Assembly: GCA_012295275.1 (NCBI GenBank)
Contig: CM022669.1
Location: 3,906,001-3,970,000 of the forward strand
Length of the DNA: 64,000 nt
Reading direction: 5' to 3'
Origin: Chrysomallon squamiferum
Taxonomy: Eukaryota > Animalia > Mollusca
The notes under the pieces are model-generated. The model searched no databases. It was not told where the DNA came from and saw only the letters and a list, made by a program, of their open reading frames with translations. Each line of letters starts with the position of its first letter. Positions within the stretch are counted from its first letter, which is position 1. The translations under genes were made by a program, and so were the position numbers. Shown here one piece after another: positions 61,391-64,000 of the stretch.

Positions 61391-63953
61391 AATAAATAAA
61401 AATTAATAAAAAGTTAATGGAGCAGATATCTGTGTCTGTGTTTGTAGAAATCAAAAACACAGGAAGGTGGAATGATGTGAACAAGAGGTCAAATATACAC
61501 ATTTGTAGTGTTCATTACTGATTCAGATTAATAATATTATTCAGTTTAAATGGTTATTCATTTATGTTTTATTTGTGTTTCTTTTTACTGGATAATGGCT
61601 CGTTTACCCAGAATTAGGACGGGTTTTAAAAATATATCAAATTATGTTTACGTTCCAATGAACTAGTGATAAAAAATATTTCGAAATTATGTTTTGTAAA
61701 ACGTCCTCAAGTATGTCTTTCGTTCGGAATACGTCGGCCAGTTACGATTCTTCAATTGGCTGGTTGCATCGGCCGAGGAGTTCCGAAAATGGAAAACACA
61801 TAATTTATGGAGGTTACCTTATAAAATGTTCTACCAGAAGATTTCTGATAAAGATACAAATTAAAAGTGAATCCTTCAATACGGTAGTTCACTTCAGTAC
61901 ATGTTATAGTTACATTTTATTTATTTTTTAGAATTATTATTATTACATCATTTTATTGCAGTTTATTTAATTGGCCAATGAGCAATTCACCTAGACGAAT
62001 TCAGTTGTTGAAATGTAAAACGTAATTATTATTATCGTAATGGCGTCCGAACGATTGAAAAGATTGAACTTGGAAGTAAATTATATGTCAAGGCCTATGG
62101 TATTCAGGTTAACCACAAACAGAGAAGGCAGGTCTATTAAATTAAACCTTAATCATTGTTATGTAGTCGGAGTTGTGGACAAAATAAAGATTAGATACTG
62201 CCACTTGCTATTGTTGATCAAGAAACATGGAGTGCAGTTTGTTGCATTATCACAGTACGGCAGTGACAGAAAACAATCAACGGTTTGTCATTTGGAAACA
62301 AAGTTGATCAAATGTCTGATGAAATCACGTAATTATTCTGTCAGCCTCTCAGTCTGTTGTAAATTGAATGTCTAACATTCAATTTTTGTCTTATCAGAAA
62401 TTTGGATGTTAAATTAGTTAATCATAATGATAATGCCTCGAATATAAATGATACTACATGTAACAATCAATTTTCTAGTACTGTCATTTATTAATTTAAA
62501 TAACATTTATGGCTGTGAAGGAAAACTAAATATTTAAAATTGACAATATATATATATATATACATTGTTATTATTTATTTTATTAATTTTTTTAATAATA
62601 TATGCATTATTTTATATTGAAATGCTGCTTTCCAATAACTGTCATAATACATATCAACAAAAAAAAACCCAACTCCATCTACAGTAATCAACAATAATAT
62701 ATATTTACTTCTATATATATATATATATCTTTCTACTAATGCTAAAAAAAAAGTACAGATACATATTTAAATAAAACAAGTTTAATTTTTAAGGTATTTC
62801 ATTTTAATTACACCAGCTAAAAAGAGAGAAAAAAGTAAAAATACCTGTATAAATAATAACAGTCGGGTTTAATGTACTAAGTTTTAGTCAGATTACACTT
62901 ATTATGACAAAATATGTAATTCACTTATTTAAGAAATGTAATAAATCATACAGTAACTGAAATAAGAAAATTGCAGTTCCCCTATTAGTTCATTTTACCT
63001 TGGTTAAATTTTATAAAATGTATATAAATAAGTTGTTTGATTATTTGTAACTCTTAAACCAAACCTTTAAGATGGAAAAACATCTAAATATATCCTGCAT
63101 TTCTTCTGACTTACATTTATTTGTTATTTAAGTGGCATTTAAATGTTTTATATGAATGTTATTTAATTATTACTCTTAATTATAATCAATATGTCAGCCA
63201 AAACAAAAACATAATAACTTGAAAGTGTGAAAAAGAATTTTCTTAGACTGCCAGAGATACAGTCTAAGTCTTGTTTTCAGAAAATAATGTGATCTAATTT
63301 TTCCTCTTCAATATTCAGACACTCAAGTTGAAGATATGGATGACATCGTGTTTCAAAAGTTGCAAGTCCTGTAGTGATGGTTTTTAACAAAAATTCTGAA
63401 AATAAAACAAATATATAAAATTAACATTAAAAAGTAAGTAAAAATAATGTAATATTAAATAGAAACAACTGGAAACGTAATAAAATGCATCAGATTAAAT
63501 TATTGTGAAGATTTACTGTTTCATATACTTAGTGAATTGCCTAATTGTAGTTTGTGATTGGTACAAAAAAACAAAACAAAAAACATGTTATGTGATCCCA
63601 AACTTATTCCAAACATCTTGAGGTTAATCAACTTGTAATTATAAACTTGTTAAATAATTTGTTATCTACATGTCCGTAAATATCATTAATTAATTATCAG
63701 ATCTGAACTTTATCATTATAAAATGGAATGTGACATATGAATTGAATTATTAAAAAAACAACCAAGGGACTTGATATGGCACAACATATGACACAAAATA
63801 AAATATGTCATGGTTAACACTTAAGAATTATACATGAAGAATATTTAGAGAATAATTAAAAATGCTGCAACAAAAATTAAGATTTAAAATCAGCAGTTTT
63901 GTATTTTGTTTTAAAAAAGAATATAAAAACAAAAATAAAATTAAATTAAAAAA

Positions 63954-63988
<35 letters not shown>

Positions 63989-64000
63989 CAACAACAATAA
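61141..64000. repeat. Segmental duplication, copy a2 (matches 18886-22090)
   Basis: Abrupt switch at ..tttttctcga|aaaaattacaactg.. Confidence 0.95.
63277..63395 (-). CDS. CTC1: CTC1 last exon, second copy (gene continues beyond the window)
   Basis: EFLLKTITTGLATFETRCHPYLQLECLNIEEEKLDHIIF*; two synonymous differences from 21346-21464. Confidence 0.88.

Overview
Very AT-rich, microsatellite-dense animal genomic DNA (probably a lophotrochozoan, most likely a mollusc; this is an inference), with a 200-N scaffold gap at 28684-28883. Scattered 1-nt indels in homopolymers look like long-read consensus errors. Left contig: two tandem nicotinic acetylcholine receptor alpha-type cassettes (+), each with four exons from DEKNQ to the stop. 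I found no signal-peptide or N-terminal exons for either. The 3' half of CTC1 (-) follows. Right contig: a ~15.4-kb head-to-tail repeat containing CTC1 5' exons and promoter (-), a catalytically degenerate EXD1/Egalitarian-like exonuclease (-), NUDT2 (+), an unidentified gene X (-) and a truncated secreted EGF-domain gene (+). NUDT2 occurs three times. At 61141 the sequence jumps back to a second, more diverged copy of 18886-22090. Main leads: (1) nAChR 3' cassettes that may share upstream 5' exons and show patchwork gene conversion sparing binding loops B and C; (2) two independent, overlapping tandem duplications with a common EXD1-like/NUDT2 core; (3) a junction that creates a phase-compatible CTC1(N)-gene X fusion. 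All protein identifications come from manual translation and remembered family motifs, not database searches.
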